From positions 372 through 64,371 of the forward strand of contig CAIKKG010000005.1 in assembly GCA_903827975.1 (NCBI GenBank): a stretch of 64,000 bases of DNA, in the 5' to 3' direction. Positions 1-9,084 of the stretch are shown one piece after another. The stretch comes from an uncultured bacterium (GTDB lineage: Bacteria > Patescibacteriota > Minisyncoccia > UBA6257 > GWB1-50-10). The first letter of the stretch is position 1. Each line of letters starts with the position of its first letter. A program made the position numbers and the translations under genes. Below the pieces are notes generated by a model. It saw only the letters and a program-made list of their open reading frames with translations. It searched no databases and was not told where the DNA came from.

Positions 1-1818
1 ACTCCAATTGCAACAGAAGTTAAAAAAGCAGAGGCGCCAATAATCAAAACAGTTGCAGAAATTAAAAAACCAGAACAAGGTGTTGTTACTGAGACGCACG
101 CGCCAGAGGTTATTAAACAGGCGCCAGAAGCACATTTTGAGGCCCCGCGAAGATCAGAGGTTGCAAAACAGGTTACTCAGCATCCGGTTGAGATTCCGCG
201 CGTAGTTGAGGTTAGGAAACCAATTCCTCAGGTTCGTGCTCACGTACCACAACCAGTAGAAGTACAAAAAACAACACCTGAGCCGAAGACTATTTCTTCT
301 CGCATAAACACAAAAAGAATTTGGGAACAGATGAAATTCTTTTTTGGGCAACTCTCATCAGAGCCACGCGTAGGTGGTCTGCATTTAAGTGACTCAGCAT
401 TAATTTATTCAGATATATTTGGTGGGCTTAAAACCTCTGGAGTAAGACTAACACCTGGGATTATTGTTGGTGGAAAGATTGTAGATGGAAATCAGTTTCG
501 TGTTGCATTAAAACAACTTCATCTAGCTATAGATCCAAGCGGAAGAAAAACTATACCGGTATCCGTAGCACTTCCAGCTAGTGGTATCTATACGCAAAGT
601 TTCACTACACCAAATGTTGGTCGTGAAAGACTTAATGAGTCAGCCCTTCTTAATTTGCAGATGATATCACCAATGTCGACCGATACTTATTATATGAGCT
701 GGCAGCTCCTTCAGGAGACTCCAGATCAGTTTGAATTATTGGGAGCATTTGCTGATAAAAAAGCTGTAGATGAATTTAGGGCACCACTTGAAGAATCATT
801 ATTTTCTCCGGTTGCATTTGAATTTCCAAGTTTAGCACTATCTCGTCTAATCGGCCTAATGGGCAGGGGAGATTCTCATCCCGCAATCCTCCTACAAATC
901 TCAGGGGATGGTTTGAATTTTTCAATATTGAGGAATAATGGTTTGTATTTTGATTATTTCCGCTCCTGGAATTCTATTCAAGAGGGGGAGCGACAGATTA
1001 CAAGAGAAAAACTCGAGGAGGTTGTGACAACAGAGGTTCAGAAGGTTATGAATTTCACTGTTAGTAAGTTTAAGGAAAGCCCAGCAAGACTTTTCTTAGT
1101 CGCCCCAGGATTTGAAAAAGACATGCAGGATTTTATAAAAGGACACTTTGGAATTCCTGTTGCTGTTCTTAAGATAACCACATGGGATGTGTCATCACAG
1201 TGGTATGTCGCAATTGGTTCAGCACTTAGAACTAGTGAGGAGGGTAAAAATGAATTCCTTATTAATCTTGCATCTGAGGAGCTAGGAAAGTTTTTCTATC
1301 GTGAGCAGACATTAAACTTTATTAGATTATGGAGAGGCATATTAGTTGGTGTATTCGCTTTATTCTTTATATTGTTTGCAGGTAGCTCATACTCACTTGC
1401 TCGTGAACTAGAGTCAGTTAACAGTGGGTTCTCAATTTTTACCGCAAACTCATCACTCGCAGAGCTTCAGAAATTAGAAGGAGAGGTTCGTGTTTTCAAC
1501 TCATTTGTTTCTAATATGCGCTCAGTAAAATCTGTGGCATCAGCATGGCCAACGCTTTTCAAAAAGGTTAGCAATGTATCATCTGCTAATGGAATAACAA
1601 TTGATAAGCTGGATTCACCATCTATAAGGGACATGATTACACTTGTTGCGCACGCGTCTACAAGAGAACAAATTATTGATTTTAAAAATGCACTATCCGC
1701 TGATACAAGTAATTTTTCTAATGTTGACCTTCTCGTGTCTCAGATATCAACAAAAGAAGATGGCTCATCAATGTTTAATATTACCTTCAGATTTGTTGGA
1801 GTTGCCCCAGCGAATTAA
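1..1818 (+). CDS. PilM-like protein fused to a PilN-like C-terminal domain, 5'-partial, with Pro/Glu/Val/Lys-rich N-terminal region
   Basis: Frame 1 is open from base 1 into ORF 331..1818. PilM-like central region, one TM helix (GILVGVFALFFILFAG), PilN-like C-terminus. Confidence 0.6.
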   Translation, partial: TPIATEVKKAEAPIIKTVAEIKKPEQGVVTETHAPEVIKQAPEAHFEAPRRSEVAKQVTQHPVEIPRVVEVRKPIPQVRAHVPQPVEVQKTTPEPKTISSRINTKRIWEQMKFFFGQLSSEPRVGGLHLSDSALIYSDIFGGLKTSGVRLTPGIIVGGKIVDGNQFRVALKQLHLAIDPSGRKTIPVSVALPASGIYTQSFTTPNVGRERLNESALLNLQMISPMSTDTYYMSWQLLQETPDQFELLGAFADKKAVDEFRAPLEESLFSPVAFEFPSLALSRLIGLMGRGDSHPAILLQISGDGLNFSILRNNGLYFDYFRSWNSIQEGERQITREKLEEVVTTEVQKVMNFTVSKFKESPARLFLVAPGFEKDMQDFIKGHFGIPVAVLKITTWDVSSQWYVAIGSALRTSEEGKNEFLINLASEELGKFFYREQTLNFIRLWRGILVGVFALFFILFAGSSYSLARELESVNSGFSIFTANSSLAELQKLEGEVRVFNSFVSNMRSVKSVASAWPTLFKKVSNVSSANGITIDKLDSPSIRDMITLVAHASTREQIIDFKNALSADTSNFSNVDLLVSQISTKEDGSSMFNITFRFVGVAPAN

Positions 1819-1822
1819 TCTT

Positions 1823-2392
1823 CTAAATTAACTCCTTCCTAATTACATCAAAAGCATTCTCAAAATGCTTTTTGTGATTTTGTGATAAAGGTTTTAAAAC
1901 GTATTTTTCTGCACGTATCCTTCTCTTTGTGAAAAAAGTTTTTTGTTCAATACCTACTCGAGCTCTCCAAAATTCTTTCGTGCCAATGTGTTTAACAATA
2001 GATTCAATACCATGATGTCCCGCCTCTCCACGCCCAAATTGTATTTTAAGTTCTCCAATTGGAATATCGGCATCATCCTGAATTACAAGCATATGCTCAG
2101 GCTTAACACTGAAGTATTTCAAAGCATCACGAATAGCTATTCCTGACTCATTCATAAAGACAAGTGGTTGAATAAAAATCTTCCCATCATTTTTAAAAAA
2201 TGAAAATGTTCCAGTACTCGCAGTTACAAAATCCGCATTACCTGCGAGATAGTGGAGCCCTAGAAGTCCCGCATTGTGGTATGTGTTTTCATATTCCTTT
2301 CCTGGATTTCCAAGCCCGGCTATCAAGACCACATCTTTTGGTCCAACTCCTTTGTTATTCAATGTTTTTAACCCATTGTGTTTCTCACTCAT
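1823..2392 (-). CDS. pth: Peptidyl-tRNA hydrolase
   Basis: GLGNPG..Y..TYHNAG, FMNESG, DDAD, GHHG motifs. Confidence 0.95.
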   Translation of the reverse strand: MSEKHNGLKTLNNKGVGPKDVVLIAGLGNPGKEYENTYHNAGLLGLHYLAGNADFVTASTGTFSFFKNDGKIFIQPLVFMNESGIAIRDALKYFSVKPEHMLVIQDDADIPIGELKIQFGRGEAGHHGIESIVKHIGTKEFWRARVGIEQKTFFTKRRIRAEKYVLKPLSQNHKKHFENAFDVIRKELI

Positions 2393-2450
2393 ATTCGTTA
2401 AAATTATCGCATATTTCGGTTTTTGTTTCTATTAGTCATATTTTTTACGA

Positions 2451-2996
2451 ATGAAAGCATTTTTATGGGCAGTATTCGAAGTAGTTGAAACAGTAGTAAT
2501 CGCCGTGGTTGCGGTTATTTTAGTTCGAACGTTTGTAGCGCAACCATTTCTTGTAAGCGGTTCAAGTATGGAGCCCGGATTTCAGAATGGTGATTATTTA
2601 TTAATTGATGAGTTGGTATATCGTTTTCACGAACCAGTACGTGGTGATGTAGTCGTATTTAAATATCCGTTAGATACTCGTTCATATTATATTAAGCGCG
2701 TAATCGGTCTTCCTGGTGAGCGCGTTGTAGTAGATGGTAGCTCGGTCACCGTATATGAGAAAAACGGTAATAAAGAGTTACTAAAAGAGGAGTATGTTGC
2801 TCGCATGAGTGGTATTGATAAGGGTGATTACACGGTTAAGGATGGCGAGTATTTCGTAATGGGTGATAATCGTGATTTCAGTTATGATTCACGAAGATGG
2901 GGGTTGCTTCCAAAAGCAGACCTAGTTGGGTTAGTTCGCTTTAGATTGTGGCCGATAGATAAGGCGATGGCATTCAGCGAGTACGCATATAATTAA
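2451..2996 (+). CDS. lepB: Signal peptidase I
   Basis: N-terminal TM, SGSSMEP, YIKRVIGLPGE, GDNRDFSYDSR. Confidence 0.95.
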   Translation: MKAFLWAVFEVVETVVIAVVAVILVRTFVAQPFLVSGSSMEPGFQNGDYLLIDELVYRFHEPVRGDVVVFKYPLDTRSYYIKRVIGLPGERVVVDGSSVTVYEKNGNKELLKEEYVARMSGIDKGDYTVKDGEYFVMGDNRDFSYDSRRWGLLPKADLVGLVRFRLWPIDKAMAFSEYAYN

Positions 2997-3003
2997 TTAA
3001 AAA

Positions 3004-4308
3004 ATGACCACAAAAATACCACCAAAGAAAAAAGTAAAAAAGGCGGGAAAAGCTAATCTTGAGGCACTTGGTGTTAAAGGAATGTCAGACATTCTTCCTA
3101 AAGACGGTGAACTTTGGAAGCTTATTATGGAGACTGGCAGACATCTTAGTGAGTTGTATGATTTTCATTTTATAGAAACACCAACTCTTGAGTCTCCAGA
3201 AATCTTTTTGGCAGGACTTGGTGAGAAGGCAGAGGAGGCAGCTAAGAAAATGTATTCATTTAAAACTCCTGAGGGTGAGGACGTTGCTTTGCGTCAGGAT
3301 CTTTCTGCTCCTGTATTGCGAAGTTACATCGAACATCACCTTGGTTATTTTGCATCACCACTTAAGGTTTATCACACGGGTTCAGTATTTAGATTCGGAA
3401 AATTAGACAACGGTAATAATAGAGAAATACGTCAGTGGGGATTTGATATTATTGGAGACAATGATGCTGTTTACGATATGCAGGTCATTCTCGCCTCACT
3501 CGAGTTTTTAAAGCAACTTAAGTTTCCTAATCTTAGATTAAAAATAAATACGATGGGTTGCAGGGTTTGTAGAAATAATTATCACGAAAAATTAAAGGCC
3601 TATTTCCGTAAGCAAAAAGTTTGTGGAACTTGTAAGGTAAATGTAGAAGAGAGACCTCTTCGCCTTTTCAAGTGTGTTGAGGCTGAGTGCATTGAAGTAA
3701 GAAAGGAGGCGCCAATTATTTTAGACCACCTTTGTCAGGCTTGTAACAATCACTTTAAAGCTGTTTTGGAATTAGTTGAGGATAACGGAGTTCTATATGA
3801 GCCAGACCCATATTTTGTACGCGAGAAGGAATATTACAGCAGAACAGTATTCGAGATTTATAGTGGTGATTATGAACACTCATTAGCTGGTGGTGGTCGC
3901 TATGATTATCTTTCTGAAATGTTATTTAAGAAAATAATTCCTGGTGTAGGATCTGCACTAAGTTTGGATAGAATTCTTGAGCAGGTTAAGTTGAGAAATA
4001 CAATGCCTCGCGCGAGAAATAATAATAGGGTCTTCTTTATCGCTGTGGGGGAGCAGGCCAAAAAAATGAGTGTGCGTTTCATGAATACTCTGCGCATGAA
4101 TAATATCGCTGTTGTAGAGGCGCTTGGTAAAAAGACTCTTACTGCACAAATGAAATTTGGAGAAAGGGTACGCGCACCACTTGCACTTATATTCGGACAG
4201 AAAGAAGCTTTTGAAAATTCTGTGATTGTTCGTGATACAAAGTCTGGAGCACAGGAGACTGTAATTCTGGAAAAATTGGTTGAGGAGGTTAAAAAGCGCT
4301 TACGATAA
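3004..4308 (+). CDS. hisS: Histidyl-tRNA synthetase family protein with degenerate motif 2
   Basis: HisRS architecture: GGGRYD, YYSRTVFE, C-terminal anticodon domain. Several catalytic motifs altered (see findings). Confidence 0.75.
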   Translation: MTTKIPPKKKVKKAGKANLEALGVKGMSDILPKDGELWKLIMETGRHLSELYDFHFIETPTLESPEIFLAGLGEKAEEAAKKMYSFKTPEGEDVALRQDLSAPVLRSYIEHHLGYFASPLKVYHTGSVFRFGKLDNGNNREIRQWGFDIIGDNDAVYDMQVILASLEFLKQLKFPNLRLKINTMGCRVCRNNYHEKLKAYFRKQKVCGTCKVNVEERPLRLFKCVEAECIEVRKEAPIILDHLCQACNNHFKAVLELVEDNGVLYEPDPYFVREKEYYSRTVFEIYSGDYEHSLAGGGRYDYLSEMLFKKIIPGVGSALSLDRILEQVKLRNTMPRARNNNRVFFIAVGEQAKKMSVRFMNTLRMNNIAVVEALGKKTLTAQMKFGERVRAPLALIFGQKEAFENSVIVRDTKSGAQETVILEKLVEEVKKRLR

Positions 4309-4311
4309 AAT

Positions 4312-4722
4312 ATGACGGACTGCATATTCTGTAAGATAGCTAATAAGGAGATTCCATCAGAAATTGTGTATGAAGACGCGCACACCACAGCGATGCTGGA
4401 TATAAATCCAATTTCGCCTGGGCACACAATGATTCTTCCAAAGGTTCACGCCGAGAACATCATTGATATAGGAGACGGTGAGATAGAGCCCCTCTTTAAC
4501 GCTGTTAAACGCGTAACAAGCCTTCTAAACGAAGCACTTCACCCTGATGGGTTCACTATTGGTATTAACCATGGTAAGTGGGCTGGGCAGGCGATAGACC
4601 ACATACATGTTCATGTAATACCAAGGTGGAAGGATGACGGCGGGACCTCGATTCATGGTGTAGTTTCTAATCCACCAAAGGAATCATTGACGGAAATTAA
4701 AAAAAAGATTATAAAGGAATAA
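4312..4722 (+). CDS. HIT family nucleotide hydrolase
   Basis: DCIFCKI N-terminus and HIHVH histidine triad. Confidence 0.95.
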   Translation: MTDCIFCKIANKEIPSEIVYEDAHTTAMLDINPISPGHTMILPKVHAENIIDIGDGEIEPLFNAVKRVTSLLNEALHPDGFTIGINHGKWAGQAIDHIHVHVIPRWKDDGGTSIHGVVSNPPKESLTEIKKKIIKE

Positions 4723-4730
4723 CTAACTAT

Positions 4731-4943
4731 ATGGCAATCGAAGTAAGAAAAAGAGAAAACGAGACGGCTAGCTCAATGCTTTACCGTTTCAGCAAGAGGG
4801 TCCAGCACGGTGGCGTGGTAAAGGAGGCGCGAAAGCGTCAGTTTACTACAAGAACCGCAAACAGCACGAAACGTCGTGCCGCAGCGCTTTATCGCATAGA
4901 GCGACAGACCGAACTACAAAAGACAAAGAAACGCGGAAAATAA
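4731..4943 (+). CDS. rpsU: 30S ribosomal protein S21
   Basis: 70-aa basic protein, IEVRKRENE...LYRFSKRV, upstream of yqeY as is typical. Confidence 0.85.
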   Translation: MAIEVRKRENETASSMLYRFSKRVQHGGVVKEARKRQFTTRTANSTKRRAAALYRIERQTELQKTKKRGK

Positions 4944-4988
4944 TCCCGCGTTTTTCTTTTTTATATTACCTTTGTATACTACTTACAT

Positions 4989-5447
4989 ATGACACTTCAA
5001 GAAAAAATACGAGCAGACTTTATGACAGCGTTCAAAGCCCGAAATACTGATGTTGTTGAAACACTCAGACTTCTTTCTTCAGACCTTCATAATCGCGGAA
5101 TAGAAAAGAAGGGCAAGGGAGGGGATGAGGCGCTTACCGACGAGGAGACTCTAGAAATAATTCGTCGTGAGGCAAAGAGACGCAAAGAGGCTATAGTTTT
5201 ATATACTCAGGGTAATCGAGCTGATCTGGTTGCTCAGGAAGAAAAAGAACTTAAGGTTTTAGAGACATATCTACCTACACTTATGGGAGAGGATGAGATA
5301 AGGGTAGTTGTTGAAAAAGTTGTCGCGGATTATGGAGCTATTGATGCAAAGGACTTTGGTAAGGTTATGGGTGTTGCTATGAAAGAGTTAAAAGGAAAGG
5401 CAGATGCAGCACTTGTTACAAAAATTCTCAAAGAAAAAATCTCCTAA
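4989..5447 (+). CDS. yqeY: GatB/YqeY domain protein
   Basis: REAKRRKEAI...YLP...GKVMG...GKAD. Confidence 0.92.
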   Translation: MTLQEKIRADFMTAFKARNTDVVETLRLLSSDLHNRGIEKKGKGGDEALTDEETLEIIRREAKRRKEAIVLYTQGNRADLVAQEEKELKVLETYLPTLMGEDEIRVVVEKVVADYGAIDAKDFGKVMGVAMKELKGKADAALVTKILKEKIS

Positions 5448-5459
5448 ATTAATAAACTA

Positions 5460-5486
5460 AATCCGCCAAACCAGGCGGATTTTTTA
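5460..5486 (+). terminator. Intrinsic terminator
   Basis: AATCCGCC-loop-GGCGGATT followed by T tract. Confidence 0.75.
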
Positions 5487-5513
5487 TTGACCGCATATAT
5501 AAAAAGATGTTTA

Positions 5514-5999
5514 ATGAGCGAAGTAATTTACCACGAAGTGGAGGTGTGTGTGACGCAAGAAAAGCGCATGCCAGGCCTTACACATCTGCCGTTGTGGCAG
5601 GAGTGTTTTTATTGGCTCGTACTACGTGATCCACAAAATGCACGAATTGTTATGCATCGCATTAAGGTAGAGCAACTTGATGAAGCAATTCTCATAAAAT
5701 TTCTTAATTCGGAAACATCAGAGATTCGCGATCTCGGAAGGGAGTTAGTTATCATGAGAGAATTTAAGGAAGAAAAGGCGGGCAGTATCAAGGAGTCGTT
5801 CTTTCGCCTATTTATTTTCGTGAGCATGTGTGTGGCACTCGTTTGGTTTTTTTCTTTTGCATTTGTAAAAAAACCAGACATTGTTTCGACAGGGCAGGGG
5901 GCCGGGTATCTTGCCGGATTCGGCATACTCTTTGGTGTCGCCGCCTTGTGTGAACTCGCCATTCTTTTCTCACACCTTTATCGTCGTATATTTAAGTAA
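5514..5999 (+). CDS. Hypothetical membrane protein, two C-terminal TM helices (start uncertain)
   Basis: ORF with two hydrophobic segments, between terminators. Confidence 0.6.
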   Translation: MSEVIYHEVEVCVTQEKRMPGLTHLPLWQECFYWLVLRDPQNARIVMHRIKVEQLDEAILIKFLNSETSEIRDLGRELVIMREFKEEKAGSIKESFFRLFIFVSMCVALVWFFSFAFVKKPDIVSTGQGAGYLAGFGILFGVAALCELAILFSHLYRRIFK

Positions 6000-6009
6000 T
6001 TGTTTTACA

Positions 6010-6032
6010 AGCCCCGTTTTCGGGGCTTTTTT
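6010..6032 (+). terminator. Intrinsic terminator
   Basis: AGCCCCG-TTTT-CGGGGCT plus T tract. Confidence 0.8.
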
Positions 6033-6066
6033 GTAAAATTACTTATTTTTTCTTACAATAAGGCTA

Positions 6067-6498
6067 ATGACTCACACTGATAAACTATTAATGAACTTTT
6101 CCGACAAGCGCTTTTCTTCTCGTGCAAAAAAAGTAGAGAAAGTTTTGAGTGATGCTCTACTAATTTTAAAGAAAAAAAATGTTTCACTGGAGGTGCATTT
6201 ATTGACTGATAAAGAGATGAGGTCAGTAAACAAGAAAACGCGTGGTAAAAATGAGCCAACAAATGTACTTAGTTTTGAGACCAATGGGTTTCCGCTTGTA
6301 GATGAGGGTGGGGTTGTATATCTCGGGGAGATTTATCTGGCGCCCGATACAATAACTGCGCGCAAGGAAAACATAACATTTCTAGCAATTCATGGACTTT
6401 TCCACCTTTTTGGATATACGCATGATGAGAAGCGTGATATTATGAAAATGGAAAGAGCGGAAGATTCACTGCTCGCGAAGCTCGCCGAGCGTTTATAA
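6067..6498 (+). CDS. ybeY: rRNA maturation endoribonuclease YbeY
   Basis: PTNVLSF, LGEIYL, HGLFHLFGYTH. Confidence 0.93.
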   Translation: MTHTDKLLMNFSDKRFSSRAKKVEKVLSDALLILKKKNVSLEVHLLTDKEMRSVNKKTRGKNEPTNVLSFETNGFPLVDEGGVVYLGEIYLAPDTITARKENITFLAIHGLFHLFGYTHDEKRDIMKMERAEDSLLAKLAERL

Positions 6499-6520
6499 TT
6501 TTTGTCACTATTTTTGCACT

Positions 6521-7741
6521 ATGTCATCACTCGTCACAAGCTTAGATATCGGCTCATCACAAATTAAGTGTATTGTTACTGCACCAAAAAAAGACGGAAC
6601 ACTTGCTGTTGTTACGGCATTTAAACGACCCTCGGCTGGATTTAAGCGTGGAGTGTTATCAGATATTGATGATGCTACAAATACACTTCGAGAGGTTGCA
6701 ATTGATTTGCAACGCATTTCAAAACGCGCAACAGAAAATGTTGTAGCAAATCTTAATAGTGAACACGTATGGTCCAGGAGTTCTAAAGGAATGGCGGCCG
6801 TTGGTCGCGCAGACCTTGAGATTCAGCAGGACGATATCGATCGCGCAAAACAGGCTGCAATAGCAGGAAAGGTTTTACAAAATCGAATGTTGCTTCACAA
6901 TATTTCGCGCGAATTTTTAGTTGATGGCGTTGGAGATATTGCTGACCCACTTGGTATGTCAGGGAATCGACTAGAGGTTAGTACATTTATAGTAGAAGCA
7001 TTTACTCCACACTACGCAATTCTTACAAAAACATTAGAGCGCGTGGGGCTTTCAATGAATGGAATTGTTTTTAATCCGCTCGCATCTCAAAAGTCTGTAC
7101 TTTCAAAACATAGAAAAGAACTTGGAGCACTTGTAATTGATTTTGGTTTTGGAACAACATCATTTGCTGCTTATGAGGATGGTAGACCAATTCACGCAAA
7201 GAGCATTCCTATCGGCACGAGTCATATTACAAGTGATATTGTTGCAGGATTCACAATTCCATTTGAGGTTGCTGAAAAATTAAAGGTTTCATACGGATAT
7301 GCAATTTCTAAAGATATAGCTCGCAAAGACCTAATAAGACTTTCCGAAGTTGATCCACAAAACAACACTGAAGTTTCTAAAAAGGTATTAAGTGAGATTA
7401 TCGAAGCCCGCCTTGAAGAAATATTGGAACTTGTGAATAATGAGATAAAGGGACTTGGAAGAAATATACAATTTCCTGGAGGAGTGGTAATAACTGGTGG
7501 TGGCGTTAAGATGCCAGGCATGACAGAGTTTGTGAAGCAGGAGATGAAATTTCCCACTCAGGTTGGCTTCCCAGACTTAAAAAACTTTGAAATAACCAAT
7601 CCAGCACACGCAGAATTGCTGGACGATCCTGAATTTGCTGTTGCTGTCGGACTTTTTGGCAACATGGAAGAAAGTAGAAGAGCGGACGGCGGTGGAATGT
7701 TTGAAAAATTCAAGCACATCCTTAGAAATCTTACCCCATAA
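6521..7741 (+). CDS. ftsA: Cell division protein FtsA
   Basis: LDIGSSQIK, IDFGFGTT, VITGGG; directly upstream of ftsZ. Confidence 0.95.
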   Translation: MSSLVTSLDIGSSQIKCIVTAPKKDGTLAVVTAFKRPSAGFKRGVLSDIDDATNTLREVAIDLQRISKRATENVVANLNSEHVWSRSSKGMAAVGRADLEIQQDDIDRAKQAAIAGKVLQNRMLLHNISREFLVDGVGDIADPLGMSGNRLEVSTFIVEAFTPHYAILTKTLERVGLSMNGIVFNPLASQKSVLSKHRKELGALVIDFGFGTTSFAAYEDGRPIHAKSIPIGTSHITSDIVAGFTIPFEVAEKLKVSYGYAISKDIARKDLIRLSEVDPQNNTEVSKKVLSEIIEARLEEILELVNNEIKGLGRNIQFPGGVVITGGGVKMPGMTEFVKQEMKFPTQVGFPDLKNFEITNPAHAELLDDPEFAVAVGLFGNMEESRRADGGGMFEKFKHILRNLTP

Positions 7742-7746
7742 AACTC

Positions 7747-8964
7747 ATGAAAAAGAAAAAAGTAGAAGTTAAAAAAATAAAACCAAAGCAGGTAAGCGCT
7801 CCAACGAGTCAACCAGCTAGTGCAAAGAAAAAAATTTCTCAGAATTTTGCGAGAATAAAAGTTATTGGTGTTGGTGGTGGAGGAGGTAATGCAATTTCTC
7901 GAATGATGAACTCTGATCGTATTCGTGGTGTTCAGTATATTGCAATAAATACAGATGCGCAGGATTTGGATTATGCATCTGCACATAAGAAAATTTATAT
8001 CGGCAAGGCGCTTACAAAAGGATTGGGCGCAGGAATGAATCCTGAAATCGGTAAGCAGGCAGCAGAAGAGAACCGCTCTGAAATTGGAGAAGAATTAGAT
8101 GATGCTGATATTGTATTTGTAACAGCAGGACTTGGTGGTGGTACTGGAAGTGGAGCTGGTCCAGTTGTCGCTGAAATCGCAAAAGAAAAAGGAATACTAA
8201 CAGTGGGTATCGTTACGAGACCATTTATGTTTGAAGGCGCACAACGAGCAGCGATTGCAAATGAGGCGCTTGGAAAATTTAAAGAAAAAGTTGATGCACT
8301 TGTTGTAATTCCTAATGACAGAGTTTTTGGACTTATCGATAAAGATACTTCTTTGATAAAAGCATACAGCTTTATTGATGAGGTTTTAAAAAATGGTGTT
8401 AAATCTTTGTCCGAATTAATTAATACTCCAGGACTTATCAATGTTGATTTTGCAGATGTGAAAGCAATCTTGCGTGATGCGGGTCAGACACTTATTGGAA
8501 TAGGAATTGCAGGAGGACAGGATCGAAGTATTAAAGCAGCGAACCTCGCAATCAATTCTCCTCTTCTCGAGGTTTCAATTGATGGGGCAAGAAATGTTTT
8601 ATTTAGTATTGCCGGAGGTCGCGATGTTAAAATGTCAGAAGTTAATGACATTGCTAGGGCAGTCGCTTCAAATCTCGATGCAAACGCGCGTGTTATTTTC
8701 GGAGTTTACAATGACAACAGCTTAAAAGATAAAAGTATTAAGGTCACAGTTATTGCAACTGGTTTTAATGGAACATTTTCAACAAGAATTGTAACCCCAA
8801 CACTTTTTATGATGGATGAGATTCCTAGTGCACCAAAAGCTACAGAACCAAAAGAGAAAACTTCGACTCCAACTGTTGAAAAGGACAAAACACCTAAAAA
8901 TATGCCCGATGAGCATGAAGAGTCATGGGACATACCCGCATTTTTGAGAAAAAAGAAGAAATAG
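7747..8964 (+). CDS. ftsZ: Cell division protein FtsZ
   Basis: GVGGGGGNA, GGGTGSG, INVDFAD, C-terminal DIPAFLRK. Confidence 0.98.
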   Translation: MKKKKVEVKKIKPKQVSAPTSQPASAKKKISQNFARIKVIGVGGGGGNAISRMMNSDRIRGVQYIAINTDAQDLDYASAHKKIYIGKALTKGLGAGMNPEIGKQAAEENRSEIGEELDDADIVFVTAGLGGGTGSGAGPVVAEIAKEKGILTVGIVTRPFMFEGAQRAAIANEALGKFKEKVDALVVIPNDRVFGLIDKDTSLIKAYSFIDEVLKNGVKSLSELINTPGLINVDFADVKAILRDAGQTLIGIGIAGGQDRSIKAANLAINSPLLEVSIDGARNVLFSIAGGRDVKMSEVNDIARAVASNLDANARVIFGVYNDNSLKDKSIKVTVIATGFNGTFSTRIVTPTLFMMDEIPSAPKATEPKEKTSTPTVEKDKTPKNMPDEHEESWDIPAFLRKKKK

Positions 8965-8984
8965 TACTGGAATAAGTGAGTAAA

Positions 8985-9015
8985 TGAGCCGCCTTTGACA
9001 GGCGGTTTGTTTTTA
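8985..9015 (+). terminator. Intrinsic terminator after ftsZ
   Basis: GAGCCGCC-TTTGACA-GGCGGTTT plus T-rich tail. Confidence 0.7.
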
Positions 9016-9084
9016 GTCTTTTTGAGCGGCTTATACACAGATTTTTTGCTATTTTTTTATTCTTTTTTTGGTATAGTTTGTGCT

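Noticed and set aside
8995-9084. Upstream in-frame starts given by the ORF track (also 11853, 29491, 35422, 37048, 40056, 45149, 63424)
   Set aside because: The extensions run through terminators, promoters or neighbouring genes; downstream ATGs fit family N-termini better.
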